Source: Acutalibacteraceae bacterium
Lineage (GTDB): Bacteria; Bacillota; Clostridia; Oscillospirales; Acutalibacteraceae
Reading direction: 5' to 3'
Assembly (NCBI GenBank): GCA_045660525.1
Contig: JAZRDY010000205.1
Span: 1 to 63,385 of the forward strand
Length of the DNA stretch: 63,385 nucleotides
The translations under genes and the position numbers were made by a program. Positions 34,898-44,612 of the stretch are shown here, in pieces (positions within the stretch are counted from its first letter, which is position 1; every line of letters begins with the position of its first letter). The notes below the pieces were generated by a model. That model searched no databases and was not told the origin of the DNA. It worked only from the letters and a program-made list of their open reading frames with translations.

Positions 34898-34926
34898 ATT
34901 TTACCACCCTTCAGGATTAAAGTCAA
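34898..34926 (-). promoter_or_regulatory. Sigma-A-type promoter of the (now split) tRNA-Arg gene
   Basis: On the minus strand: TTGACT, a 17-nt spacer, then TAAAAT, about 24 nt upstream of the tRNA 5' end. Confidence 0.6.
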
Positions 34927-35069
34927 CATTCTTCGGCAGAGTACAAAAGAAAATGGTGTATTTATTTGACAATCGGGTAAAATTGTATTATTATATAGTT
35001 TAGTTCGGATTTTTATTATGATCAATTCATAATTCATAATTCATAATTTTTCGAAAGGTAGTGTTATAT

Positions 35070-35891
35070 ATGAGTGAATGTTCAGGTAACTGTTCATCAT
35101 GTTCATCAGCTTCAGGTTGCAAAGATAAAGAAAAAGATATGCACCTTAAGCAGAATGAATACAGCAATATCAAAAAAATTTATGCTGTTGTCAGCGGTAA
35201 GGGCGGTGTTGGTAAATCATCGGTTACTTCACTTCTTGCAACTGCTATGCAGCTTCGCGGCAAACAGACTGCAGTTCTTGATGCAGACGTAACAGGCCCC
35301 TCAATTCCCAAGATGTTCGGTATTGAAGGTCAGGTTGAAACCAATAACATTGTAATGTTCCCAAGAGAGTCAAGGGGCGGCACAAGAGTTATGTCTGTCA
35401 ACCTCCTTCTTCCCTCTCAGGATGCTCCCGTTGTATGGCGCGGTCCCGTTATCAGCGGTGTAATTCAGCAGTTCTTTACAGATGTTGCGTGGGGCGATGT
35501 TGACTATATGTTTGTTGATATGCCTCCCGGCACAGGTGATGTACCCCTTACAGTTTTCCAGAGCCTTAAGGTTGACGGTATCATCGTAGTTACAACACCT
35601 CAGGATCTCGTTGGTCTTATCGTAAGCAAGGCTATGAATATGGCTGAGATGATGAATATTCCTGTTGTGGGTCTTGTTGAAAATATGAGCTATTTTGTAT
35701 GTCCTAACTGCAATGAAAAGCACAACATTTTCGGCGAAAGCAAAACCGAAGAGGTTGCAGCTAAGTTCGGTGTACCCGTTTTAGCGAAGCTTCCCATCGA
35801 CACAAGAACCCCGGCGCTTGCAGATAAGGGCGCTATCGAGCTTGCTGATACCGATCCTATTCAGGGCGTAATTGATAAATTGCTTTCGTAA
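35070..35891 (+). CDS. Mrp/NBP35 family Fe-S cluster carrier ATPase
   Basis: A GKGGVGKS deviant Walker A, a CPNC motif and a Cys-rich N-terminus are present. Confidence 0.85.
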   Translation: MSECSGNCSSCSSASGCKDKEKDMHLKQNEYSNIKKIYAVVSGKGGVGKSSVTSLLATAMQLRGKQTAVLDADVTGPSIPKMFGIEGQVETNNIVMFPRESRGGTRVMSVNLLLPSQDAPVVWRGPVISGVIQQFFTDVAWGDVDYMFVDMPPGTGDVPLTVFQSLKVDGIIVVTTPQDLVGLIVSKAMNMAEMMNIPVVGLVENMSYFVCPNCNEKHNIFGESKTEEVAAKFGVPVLAKLPIDTRTPALADKGAIELADTDPIQGVIDKLLS

Positions 35892-36027
35892 TAGTTAGTT
35901 TACAAAGCAAATAAATCCTTGCATAACTTCATTAACACAAGTTTTACAGGGAAATACTTGATTTTTACAATTAAAATCTGTAATCTTATGATTGTATGAT
36001 AATCGGTATAATTTAAGGAGTTTGGAA

Positions 36028-37101
36028 ATGAAAAAAATACTCAGAAGAATTTTTGTTTGTATACTGATCCTCGCTGTTGCAGGCGTAGGTGCGGGTGTTT
36101 ATTATTTCACCTATGACCCTGAAAAAATGGCTGAAAACAGCAATGGTTACGTAACGGATAATAAGGGCATGACTTATACAATGGTAGCTGATAAAGAAGG
36201 TTCAACTTATGTTGTTGTAACTGACGATGCCGGCAATCGTTATGCTGCTGAATTTGACGGTACGACTGTAGGCAGCACTGTGGGTGATGTCAACGGTGAG
36301 GTCGCTATTGATGATGTGCCTACAAACTTTACAGGTACTCACGTAGATGTTACAAATGATATCAATAAATTTCAGGGAGAAGTTTCCACCACTATTCCTA
36401 CAACTGTTGTCGGTGAGGATGATGTGACAACTACAGTTAAAAATCCTCAGGGTTCGTCAGATAATAAAAACGAAGATGTTACCACTACAAAGCCGGCAAA
36501 ACCGGACACCGGCAACGATAAACTCACAGCTTACAGAATTGATAAATATGAGCAGATTTTCAAAAGCGGTACATATCTTATGAAAGTCACAACCAACGAC
36601 AGCAGTATGGGTGATCAGCCTGTTACAATGGCAATCAAAAACGGCAATATGTATGTTGAAATGGCCATGGAGCTTGAAGGCACTTCAATGAATTGCGGAA
36701 TGCTTTATCTCAACGGTAAAGACACACTTTATCTTATTTTCAACGATTGGAAAAAATATTGCAAGATGCCTGAAGATATGATGGGCGAAGATATGGATAT
36801 CGGCTCAATGATGTCTGAAATGGGTGGTAATGAAACTGAAATCGGCAAGATTACAGTTTCAGAAGTTGAAATCAACGGTGAAAAACTTATTCTCGAAAGC
36901 TATAACAGCAAATCAGACGGTGTTACTGTTAACTATTATTTTGACGGAGATATGCTTGTAAGACGAGACAATGTTTATTCTGACGGTCATGTTGATTCCA
37001 CATACTTTGCTCAGATTACAACAGATGTACCCGATTCATATTTTGAAATTCCCAAGGGTTACAGCTATATCAATCTTGATTGGCTCGGACTTCTTGTGTA
37101 A
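36028..37101 (+). CDS. Membrane-anchored hypothetical protein
   Basis: An AAGGAG SD precedes the ATG at 36028. The product has an N-terminal TM anchor and a Thr/Val-rich linker. Confidence 0.6.
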   Translation: MKKILRRIFVCILILAVAGVGAGVYYFTYDPEKMAENSNGYVTDNKGMTYTMVADKEGSTYVVVTDDAGNRYAAEFDGTTVGSTVGDVNGEVAIDDVPTNFTGTHVDVTNDINKFQGEVSTTIPTTVVGEDDVTTTVKNPQGSSDNKNEDVTTTKPAKPDTGNDKLTAYRIDKYEQIFKSGTYLMKVTTNDSSMGDQPVTMAIKNGNMYVEMAMELEGTSMNCGMLYLNGKDTLYLIFNDWKKYCKMPEDMMGEDMDIGSMMSEMGGNETEIGKITVSEVEINGEKLILESYNSKSDGVTVNYYFDGDMLVRRDNVYSDGHVDSTYFAQITTDVPDSYFEIPKGYSYINLDWLGLLV

Positions 37102-37238
37102 ACGGTGATATTAAATGAGCAAGTCGGTTAGACTTGCTCATCTTTTTATTTTTATACGATGTGCATTGACTTATGTGTTTGTTTAGTATTATAATGATAA
37201 AAAGGCAAATGAAAAGTTTGTCTGAAAGGAGAGAGAAT

Positions 37239-38657
37239 ATGAAAAAACTTTATCTTGACACAAAAGAAAAAATCTACCGTGCCACAGCGATAATTTTTAT
37301 CGTTCAGCTTTTTGGTGCTCTCGGTGCAGGCTTTTTCTTTTTTGTGCAAAACATCTTTCAGTCTTATCACATTTTAGGTTGGACGGGAGCAGAAAACGAG
37401 CCTACACTCTGGTTTATTCTTTTTTGGGCAACTGATTTCTTCTTTGTTGCACTTGCTGTGATAGTGGCATATCTTATCGCGGGACTTCCTGCCCTTGCAC
37501 CTGCCATGGCGCTGTCGGTGTATTTCGCACACTTCACATCAGCACCTGCCGATGCGATAAATACATATGCCTGCTTCTTTGCAACACCTGCAAACTATGA
37601 AAAAGCAACATCTATAGGTTATATGGGTTATCTTATTATGGCGGTAATCCTCGGCCTGCTTATTAAACTTCTTTATGCAGGCTGGTCAAACCTCAAGCCT
37701 GTTATCGGTTCAAAGCTCGATAAGCTCCTCGGAAAAATCAAAGCTATCCCCGATACCGTAAAGGGTCTCGAAATTATCGAAGGCGTTGACCTTATCGTTA
37801 TGATTCTTATTCTTCCTGTAGCATCAGCTGCTATAACCTTTATGCTTACAAAATACGGTATTCAGGTGCCTTTTGCTACTCTTGCTGAAACCTTAGGCAA
37901 CACCCTTAATGCCCTCGCTGAAAACAATGTAATCGTTGCGGCTCTTGTAATGGGACTTATGGTTGGCTTTGATCTTATCGGTCCTGTATCTCTTGCGGCC
38001 TTCTCAGTGGCAACAGGCGCATATCTTGCAACCGGTAATGCTCAGCTTATTACTATTTACAGTGTTTGCTTTATCGCTACCGGATGGACATCATTCTTCG
38101 GCATTCTTCTTTGCAAAATCTTCAAAAAAGGTAAGACCGATACTGACGATATGAACTTTGCAACTTCAGGTCCTATCAATGCTATATTTGAAAACATCAA
38201 GCTGACAACTGCATTCTCAATGCCTCTTGCTTGCAGAAGTCCCTTTACTGTAATTCCAGGCCTTATGGCAGGCTCAGCTTTAGGTGGTGTGCTTACAGCT
38301 GCGTTTGGTATTGTAAACAACGCTTATATCGACGGCTCACTTCCTGCATATACATCTTCTAAATATACCTTTGCAGGTGCGGAATATACTTTCAGAGAGC
38401 TCTTTGAAATGGGCGAAATTTACATGAGCTTCACTCTTCCGCTTCGCTCGGGTGATTGGCTTACTTGCAGACTTCCTCTTGCTGCAATTATACTTGGTTG
38501 TGCAATTTTTGGTGGTTTCGTAATAATGCTTCTCAAAGAGGGCGAATACCGCTTTATGTCAAAAAGAGGTCTTTTCTTTGAAGCTAAGGGCGACTTTGTT
38601 TTAGAAATGCGCGAGCACGGCAAAAAACTTGCAAAACAGCTCAAGAGCGAAAAATAA
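37239..38657 (+). CDS. PTS EIIC-like (fructose-family-like) polytopic membrane protein
   Basis: About 10-12 TM helices. GFDLIGPVSLAAFSV resembles the GGPVNKAAY loop of fructose-type EIIC. No EIIA or EIIB gene is nearby. Confidence 0.5.
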   Translation: MKKLYLDTKEKIYRATAIIFIVQLFGALGAGFFFFVQNIFQSYHILGWTGAENEPTLWFILFWATDFFFVALAVIVAYLIAGLPALAPAMALSVYFAHFTSAPADAINTYACFFATPANYEKATSIGYMGYLIMAVILGLLIKLLYAGWSNLKPVIGSKLDKLLGKIKAIPDTVKGLEIIEGVDLIVMILILPVASAAITFMLTKYGIQVPFATLAETLGNTLNALAENNVIVAALVMGLMVGFDLIGPVSLAAFSVATGAYLATGNAQLITIYSVCFIATGWTSFFGILLCKIFKKGKTDTDDMNFATSGPINAIFENIKLTTAFSMPLACRSPFTVIPGLMAGSALGGVLTAAFGIVNNAYIDGSLPAYTSSKYTFAGAEYTFRELFEMGEIYMSFTLPLRSGDWLTCRLPLAAIILGCAIFGGFVIMLLKEGEYRFMSKRGLFFEAKGDFVLEMREHGKKLAKQLKSEK

Positions 38658-38672
38658 TATCTGCGTAAATAC

Positions 38673-38704
38673 AAAAGCTGTACCGGTTTTCCGGTACAGC
38701 TTTT
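38673..38704. terminator. Bidirectional intrinsic terminator
   Basis: AAAAGCTGTACCGG, loop TTTT, CCGGTACAGCTTTT. Confidence 0.85.
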
Positions 38705-38708
38705 AAGT

Positions 38709-39077
38709 TTATTTTATTTTGTTGAGATGTGATTTAATGGCATTGAAGCTTTCTTCTGAAAGAATATGCTCTATTTTGCAGGCATCTTCTGCGGCAGTTT
38801 CTTTTGATACCCCGAGCATTGTTAGACACTCGGTAAGAATGGTGTGTCTCATATAAAGTCCCTCGGCAATTTCTTTTCCGGGAGATAAAAGGGTGATAGT
38901 GCCGTCACCCATAACATCAATATAGCCATTTTCTCTGAGATTTTTCATTGCTATACTGACACTGGGTTTGGAAAAACCGAGTTCGTTGGCGATATCTATA
39001 GAGCGAACGGTGCCGCCTTTTTTTGAAAGCATTAATATTGTCTCGAGATAATTTTCTGCTGATTGGTGAATTTTCAT
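38709..39077 (-). CDS. DtxR/MntR family metal-dependent transcriptional regulator (short form)
   Basis: SAENYLETILML...SIDIANELGFSKPSVSIAMKNLRENGYI is a DtxR-type wHTH. Confidence 0.8.
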   Translation of the reverse strand: MKIHQSAENYLETILMLSKKGGTVRSIDIANELGFSKPSVSIAMKNLRENGYIDVMGDGTITLLSPGKEIAEGLYMRHTILTECLTMLGVSKETAAEDACKIEHILSEESFNAIKSHLNKIK

Positions 39078-39246
39078 TATAATTTCTCCTAAGTGGTTAT
39101 GGTGAAATTATAGCACAATTTGAATTGATTTTCAAGCGGTTAATCAACAACGAAAGCGAACTGTATGTTTTATCGGAACAGATAGCTTTTGAATATCAAA
39201 TAAAAAATCGCTAATACACTCGTGTATTAGCGATTTTAAGTTTAGA

Positions 39247-39543
39247 TTACTGACCTGCTAAGATGTTGCCGATGAAGCTGTATACGAAAACGCTGATAGC
39301 TCTGAGCCACACATCTAACTGAATGTAGAACTCAAGGAAAGCTTCGTGGAAACCATCGATGTAAGGTGCGAATGCATCAAGCTTAAGGAAGTCTGAGATA
39401 GCCATAAATGCATTGTTAAGCTCGTTGTTGAAATCACCTGAGCTTTCGCCTGCTATAGGCAGTGAGGTGTCTGTAGCTGATGCAACAACAGCAACTGACA
39501 TCATAAGAACAAGAACTAAAACTAAGCTTAAAATCTTTTTCAT
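39247..39543 (-). CDS. Small secreted or membrane protein, unknown function
   Basis: A signal peptide, an AAGGAG SD and a downstream terminator at 39203-39238 are present. Confidence 0.6.
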   Translation of the reverse strand: MKKILSLVLVLVLMMSVAVVASATDTSLPIAGESSGDFNNELNNAFMAISDFLKLDAFAPYIDGFHEAFLEFYIQLDVWLRAISVFVYSFIGNILAGQ

Positions 39544-39719
39544 TGTAAATTACTCCTTTACCTTTTGATAAGAAAATTATAACAAAAGTTAAAGTGATAT
39601 GCAACAGTTTTTTTATATTTTTAATCTTATCAGCTTAATTTTTATTCTTTGGTTATTTTATTAACACATACATTTCACATTTTGACTTTCATAAGGATGC
39701 GTGAGATATAATTTAAAAG

Positions 39720-39856
39720 TGTGCGTTTCCGAAGCCGCTGCGGCGGCTTCGGTATTATAGTCTGTCGCGGTATGAAAACGGCTTTTCGAGGGGATTGGCT
39801 TTCCCACCGGTAACCGCAGACAGTAAAGGGTTGTTTTACCCTTGTTTTTATTTTAT
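39720..39856 (+). ncRNA. Candidate small structured RNA or orphan riboswitch-like element with an intrinsic terminator
   Basis: A 10-bp GC hairpin is formed by CCGAAGCCGC and GCGGCTTCGG. An outer helix (GTCTG...CGGT paired with ACCGCAGAC) encloses a GGG/CCC hairpin. An AAGGGT/ACCCTT terminator with a T-run follows. I could not assign a class. Confidence 0.35.
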
Positions 39857-39990
39857 GCTGCAGACTAAACATTGACATAAAGGGATTTAATAAGATATAA
39901 TAAAAAACAAAGATTAATGTTGTTTTGTAACAGCTTTGTTTGCGAAACAAAAAATAAATGAAATATAATTAAAGGAAGGAAAATTTTACT

Positions 39991-40707
39991 ATGAATAAAA
40001 CAGTTGGTATACTTTTTGCTGACGGTATGGAGTACGGCCCATTTTTGCAATGGGCAAAAGTAAAGGGAGCATCAGAAAGTGAAAGAAGAGGCAATGCGAG
40101 CTGTAGTCTCAGCCTCGAAAAAGACGGCAGAGTACTCGATATAATCGGTGTAAGATGCGGTATCGGCAAGGTTAATGCCGCTTCTGCAACAGCTTTTTTA
40201 ATAAGCGATGATAAGGTCGATATAATTCTCAATGCCGGTCTTTCAGGTGCAGTGCAAAAGCTCAGACGCGAGGATATGATTGCCGTTGAAACTTATGTTG
40301 AGTGTGACTATGACCTTACAGCTATCGGTAAGCCTTTGGGTGTTAAGGCTGACGGTCAGAAGTATATCTATGAGGCTGACGAAAAGCTGATGGCATACGC
40401 TCTTATGAGTGACGGTATTATCAAAGCCAAGGCGGGTACCGGCGACATCTTCCTTACTGATAAAGCGAAGAAAGAGCTTTACAGAGATACTTTCGGTATC
40501 GAGTCGTTTGATATGGAAACAGCGGCTATTGCGGGCGTATGCGATAAGTGCGGTATTCCTATGTTGTCACTGAGAAAAATCAGCGACGATGCAGACGATT
40601 CATCTGTTGAAGACTACAGAGAAATGAACAACAGACAGGAAGCTTGCTTGACTGAATTGCTTGTAAATATATTTAATAGAATTATAGAAGATTCTGAACA
40701 GTGGTGA
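39991..40707 (+). CDS. mtnN: 5'-methylthioadenosine/S-adenosylhomocysteine nucleosidase
   Basis: It has the PNP_UDP_1 fold pattern, and DMETAAIAGVCDKCGIPMLSLRKISD is typical of Pfs/MtnN. Confidence 0.7.
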   Translation: MNKTVGILFADGMEYGPFLQWAKVKGASESERRGNASCSLSLEKDGRVLDIIGVRCGIGKVNAASATAFLISDDKVDIILNAGLSGAVQKLRREDMIAVETYVECDYDLTAIGKPLGVKADGQKYIYEADEKLMAYALMSDGIIKAKAGTGDIFLTDKAKKELYRDTFGIESFDMETAAIAGVCDKCGIPMLSLRKISDDADDSSVEDYREMNNRQEACLTELLVNIFNRIIEDSEQW

Positions 40708-40904
40708 ATGTAATAAAAACTTAAAAAGTTTTAAAAAAATCAAGATATTTGTATCAATTCCCCTTGAAAAAGCCTGAAAAGCAGAGTATAATAATATATG
40801 ATTTTAACATTGCGGTACTTTAACCTTTTTTAGGGTAAAATCGCAACCTGACAATTATTTATCTGTAAAAAAGGTTTATTAAAACAAAGGAATGGGGAGT
40901 TATT

Positions 40905-41780
40905 TTGAAAGCAGATTTACATTGCCACACAAAACTTTCAGACGGTACTTTGGGTATCGATGATATCATTATTCTTGCCAAAAACAGCGGTGTAACTACT
41001 CTTGCTATCACAGATCACGATAGTCTTGCCGGCACAGTCAGAGCGTCAATTATCGGCGAAAGACACGGTATCACGGTTATTCCGGCTGTCGAATTTTCTG
41101 CAACAGACAGCAAAAGACAGTCAAGAGCCCATATCCTTTGCTATCTTCCCGATAAACCGGAAAGACTCGAGGGTCTTTGCAAAAGCAATTCAGATAAAAG
41201 AAAAAGAGCCGCAAGAATTATGGTTGCGAAGGTTGCTAATAAATTCCCCGTTACTCCCGAGCTTATTATGAAGTGTGCAACGGGTTCAACAAATATCTAC
41301 AAACAGCACATTATGCAGGCGCTTATGGAATGCGGTTACACAACCACAATTTTCGGTGACTTATATAATATGCTCTTTAAAAAAGAATCAAGAATCAACG
41401 TGCTTATGGAATCTACATATCCCGAGCCCGCTGAAATTATTGAAGCTATTCACGAAGCAGGCGGTATTGCAGTATTGGCTCATCCCGGCTTCTACAACAA
41501 CTTTGAGCTTTTAGAGGAGCTTATTCCTCTCGGACTTGACGGCGTTGAAGTATGGCATCCCGAAAACACTCCCGAACAGCAGGAAATGCTTATTGCTACA
41601 GCAAAGAAGCACGACCTTCTTATGACAGGCGGCAGTGATTTCCACGGTGCTTATAATGCATATCCTATTAAGTTGGGCGAATACGGTCCTGACGAAGCTA
41701 ATGTAGCTCAGCTTCTTTCATATAAAGCTAAAAAACGAAGAAAGATGAAGAGACAGGCGGCTGCTGCAGAAGCTAAATAA
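40905..41780 (+). CDS. PHP domain metal-dependent phosphoesterase
   Basis: An N-terminal DLHCHT motif, plus ITDHD and GGSDFHG, are present. The start is TTG with a GGGGAG SD. Confidence 0.75.
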   Translation: MKADLHCHTKLSDGTLGIDDIIILAKNSGVTTLAITDHDSLAGTVRASIIGERHGITVIPAVEFSATDSKRQSRAHILCYLPDKPERLEGLCKSNSDKRKRAARIMVAKVANKFPVTPELIMKCATGSTNIYKQHIMQALMECGYTTTIFGDLYNMLFKKESRINVLMESTYPEPAEIIEAIHEAGGIAVLAHPGFYNNFELLEELIPLGLDGVEVWHPENTPEQQEMLIATAKKHDLLMTGGSDFHGAYNAYPIKLGEYGPDEANVAQLLSYKAKKRRKMKRQAAAAEAK

Positions 41781-41801
41781 ACAGACAAACGGAGTTAGAC
41801 A

Positions 41802-42389
41802 ATGAGTGAAAACGATGTAAGAATTTATGTCAGCAAAAAAGAAATGAATAAGAACGCCTCAGAATTTTTGGGTAGCTTCGATGCGGTTATGCGTCAGAAA
41901 GCCAACGGAAATATCGATAAGGCACGCAAGCTTGGTGCTGTTCTTGCGACAATTGCGCCTACAGGTGACGGCGACGGTATCTTTGTTAATCTTAAAGATC
42001 ACCTTTCACCAAAGTTTTTTGTGCAAGACATTCTTTATCAGATCAGAGTTCTTCTTGTTTTCGCTTGCGAAACTCTTCTTCAGATGGAGCTTCCTACAGA
42101 GCTTCTTTCCACAACAGCTATCGCATCTATGTATGATGCTATGGAAAAAGATATGCCGGGCTTTTATAATAACATTGCAAACGGTGCGGCATTTACATTC
42201 TATTACCTTGCCATTCAGAAAGGCGGAGATATTTCAGAGAATATCGGTGAAGCCTTTGCTATGCTCTGCGCTGTAAAAAATAAAGACAGCTTTGTGCTTG
42301 CAGGCAAAACCGTGTGGAATTTAGCTGTAGATATTATCGATAAAGAAATCGAAAAAGCTGACATAAAAGAGTCGGCGGAAACTAAATAA
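41802..42389 (+). CDS. Hypothetical protein
   Basis: 195 aa with a GGAG SD and a terminator at 42401-42430. Confidence 0.55.
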   Translation: MSENDVRIYVSKKEMNKNASEFLGSFDAVMRQKANGNIDKARKLGAVLATIAPTGDGDGIFVNLKDHLSPKFFVQDILYQIRVLLVFACETLLQMELPTELLSTTAIASMYDAMEKDMPGFYNNIANGAAFTFYYLAIQKGGDISENIGEAFAMLCAVKNKDSFVLAGKTVWNLAVDIIDKEIEKADIKESAETK

Positions 42390-42474
42390 TTCAGCAATCG
42401 AGCGGGCATTGGTATGCCCGCTTTCATATTATACAATCAACTTAAGTTAAAAGTTTTGCTTTACGGAGGACAAT

Positions 42475-42825
42475 ATGAACATTAATGACATTAAAGAAAT
42501 TCTCGGTGCAGAGGTTATCTGCAGAGCCGACTTGCTTGAAACAACTGTAAATGCTGCTTGCGGCAGCGATATGATGAGCGATGTGCTTGCTTTTGTTAAA
42601 GAACAGGCAGTACTTCTCACAGGTCTTGTTAACCCTCAGGTTGTGCGTACAGCCGAAATGATGGATATGCACTGTATAGTTTTTGTCAGAGGTAAGAGAC
42701 CTAATCTTGAAATGATTGAAATGGCTGAAGACAGAGATATGGTTATGCTTTGCACTGATCTCGAAATGTTTACATCCTGCGGTAAGCTTTACTCGGCAGG
42801 TCTGAGAGGGGGCAGCGGAAAATAA
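42475..42825 (+). CDS. DRTGG domain protein
   Basis: 116 aa. LLTGLVNPQVVRTAEMMDMHCIVFVRGKRP is a DRTGG-like pattern. Confidence 0.65.
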   Translation: MNINDIKEILGAEVICRADLLETTVNAACGSDMMSDVLAFVKEQAVLLTGLVNPQVVRTAEMMDMHCIVFVRGKRPNLEMIEMAEDRDMVMLCTDLEMFTSCGKLYSAGLRGGSGK

Positions 42826-43247
42826 TGGCTGACAGTATCAGACTTCATTACGAGGTTTCCGGTACGGATTTTACTCTTGCAGGCGCTGCTTCCGGTGATG
42901 TCAAGCGTACCCTTAAACAGCTTGGAATATCACCCGATGCCATAAGAAATGTTGCTATTGCTATGTATGAGGGCGAAATCAATATGGTTATTCATGCCGG
43001 CGGTGGTGAAATAGACGTTGAAATTACGGAAACTGATATAAATATAATTCTCGAGGATCAGGGTCCCGGTATCGAAAATGTTGAGCTTGCTATGAAAGAG
43101 GGCTATTCAACAGCGCCCGACAATATCCGTTCCTTAGGTTTCGGTGCAGGTATGGGTCTGCCCAACATCAAGAAATATACCGACGATTTCAAAATCGAAA
43201 CTCAGGTGGGTGTAGGTACTAAACTTATACTTAAGGTGAATATTTAA
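42825..43247 (+). CDS. HATPase_c (RsbW/anti-sigma-type serine kinase-like) protein
   Basis: The N-box region is EGEINMVIHA and the G-boxes are DQGPGI and GFGAGMGL. The start overlaps the upstream stop. Confidence 0.7.
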   Translation: MADSIRLHYEVSGTDFTLAGAASGDVKRTLKQLGISPDAIRNVAIAMYEGEINMVIHAGGGEIDVEITETDINIILEDQGPGIENVELAMKEGYSTAPDNIRSLGFGAGMGLPNIKKYTDDFKIETQVGVGTKLILKVNI

Positions 43248-43289
43248 CTATTACACGACATTTTATAACTCGGAGAAATAGGTGAAGAA

Positions 43290-44612
43290 ATGGCTAAGTT
43301 ATTTCATTCGGTACGCCTTGATGATGACAAATGCCAGGGGTGTACCAATTGTATAAAACGTTGCCCTACAGAGGCAATACGAGTCAGAAATAAAAAAGCA
43401 TATATCATTTCTGACAGATGCATTGATTGCGGTGAATGTATAAGAGTTTGTCCGCATCACGCAAAATATGCAGTCAGTGAAAGCTTTAACGAGCTTATCA
43501 AATATAAATACAGAATTGCTCTTCCTGCACCTGCGCTTTACGGTCAGTTCAATAATCTTGAAAATGTTGACTATGTGCTTACGGGCCTGAAAAGAATGGG
43601 CTTTGACGATGTGGTGGAGGTTTCAAAGGGCGCTGAAATTTTAAGCTCGGCAACAAGAGAAATGTTTGAAAACGGTGAACTTAAAAAGCCGGTTATATCC
43701 TCGGCTTGTCCTGCTGTTGTAAGACTTATAAGAACAAGATTTCCGAATCTCTTGGGTAATCTGCTGCCTACTTGTGCTCCTATTGACCTTGCAGCAAAAA
43801 TTGCAAGAGAAAAAGCGAAGAAAGAAACCGACTATACAGATGAAGAAATAGGTGTATTTTTCATTACACCTTGTCCTGCCAAAAGAACGGCAATCAGAAG
43901 TCCGCTTTGTCACGAAAATTACGGTATAAACGGTGCTATCGCTATAAAAGATATCTATACTGTGCTTGTGCAGACAATGGACAGACTGACTGCTGATGAG
44001 GTGGAAACCATAAACGATTCGGGTATTATCGGTGTTGGTTGGTGCAGCAGCGGCGGTGAAGCGGCAGGCCTTTTAAAAGAAAGATATCTTGCTGCAGACG
44101 GCATTGAAAATGTTATTAATGTGCTTGAAGAGCTCGAGGATGAAAAACTCAATGACCTTGATTTTATTGAGCTTAACTGTTGCACAGGCGGATGCGTCGG
44201 CGGAGTGCTGACGGTTGAAAATCCATATGTTGCAAAGGCTCGTATTCAGAGGCTTCGCAGGTTTATGCCCATATCCTGCAATAAGCTCGAGGATTATTTT
44301 ACACTTGACGAACTTGGCTGGACTATGGAGCTTACTCCGTCGCCTGCAATGAAGCTTGCGGACAATGTGATTACAGCCATGAGAATGATGTCTAAACTCA
44401 AAGAGATTGAAGGCTCACTTCCGGGGCTCGATTGCGGTATTTGCGGAGCTCCCAGCTGCAGAGCTCTTGCCGATGATATTGTTCGCGGTTATGCTCAAGA
44501 ATCGGATTGTGTGTTACATAACATAAAAATCGGCGGTGAAGATGATTGGTTACCTGCACCTTTCAGAGTGAAAGTGCAGAATGAAGATGCGGGAGAAAAA
44601 GATGAAGATTAA
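43290..44612 (+). CDS. HydS-like putative sensory [FeFe]-hydrogenase-domain protein
   Basis: Two ferredoxin motifs (CQGCTNCIKRCP and CIDCGECIRVCP) are present. H-cluster motifs are variant: L1 is SSACP (versus TSCCP), L2 is TPCPAK (versus MPCxxK), and L3 is ELNCCTGGCVGG (versus ExMxCxxGCxxG). A C-terminal Cys cluster reads CGICGAPSC. Confidence 0.75.
   Translation: MAKLFHSVRLDDDKCQGCTNCIKRCPTEAIRVRNKKAYIISDRCIDCGECIRVCPHHAKYAVSESFNELIKYKYRIALPAPALYGQFNNLENVDYVLTGLKRMGFDDVVEVSKGAEILSSATREMFENGELKKPVISSACPAVVRLIRTRFPNLLGNLLPTCAPIDLAAKIAREKAKKETDYTDEEIGVFFITPCPAKRTAIRSPLCHENYGINGAIAIKDIYTVLVQTMDRLTADEVETINDSGIIGVGWCSSGGEAAGLLKERYLAADGIENVINVLEELEDEKLNDLDFIELNCCTGGCVGGVLTVENPYVAKARIQRLRRFMPISCNKLEDYFTLDELGWTMELTPSPAMKLADNVITAMRMMSKLKEIEGSLPGLDCGICGAPSCRALADDIVRGYAQESDCVLHNIKIGGEDDWLPAPFRVKVQNEDAGEKDED

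Noticed and set aside
35019-35047. The tandem AATTCAT repeat (about 3.5 copies) upstream of the Mrp/NBP35 gene.
   Set aside because: It is too short and AT-rich to call as more than a microsatellite-like tract. There is no spacer structure, and it is not CRISPR-like.
39675-40232. Minus-strand ORFs 39675-39950, 39865-40050 and 39969-40232.
   Set aside because: They overlap the candidate structured element, the mtnN promoter and mtnN itself. They have no SDs and are probably spurious.
41881-42276. A 131-aa ORF overlapping 41802-42389 in another frame.
   Set aside because: It is on the same strand in an overlapping frame, has no SD, and has a Leu/Phe/Ser-rich shadow composition. The 41802 frame has the SD and a plausible globular composition.
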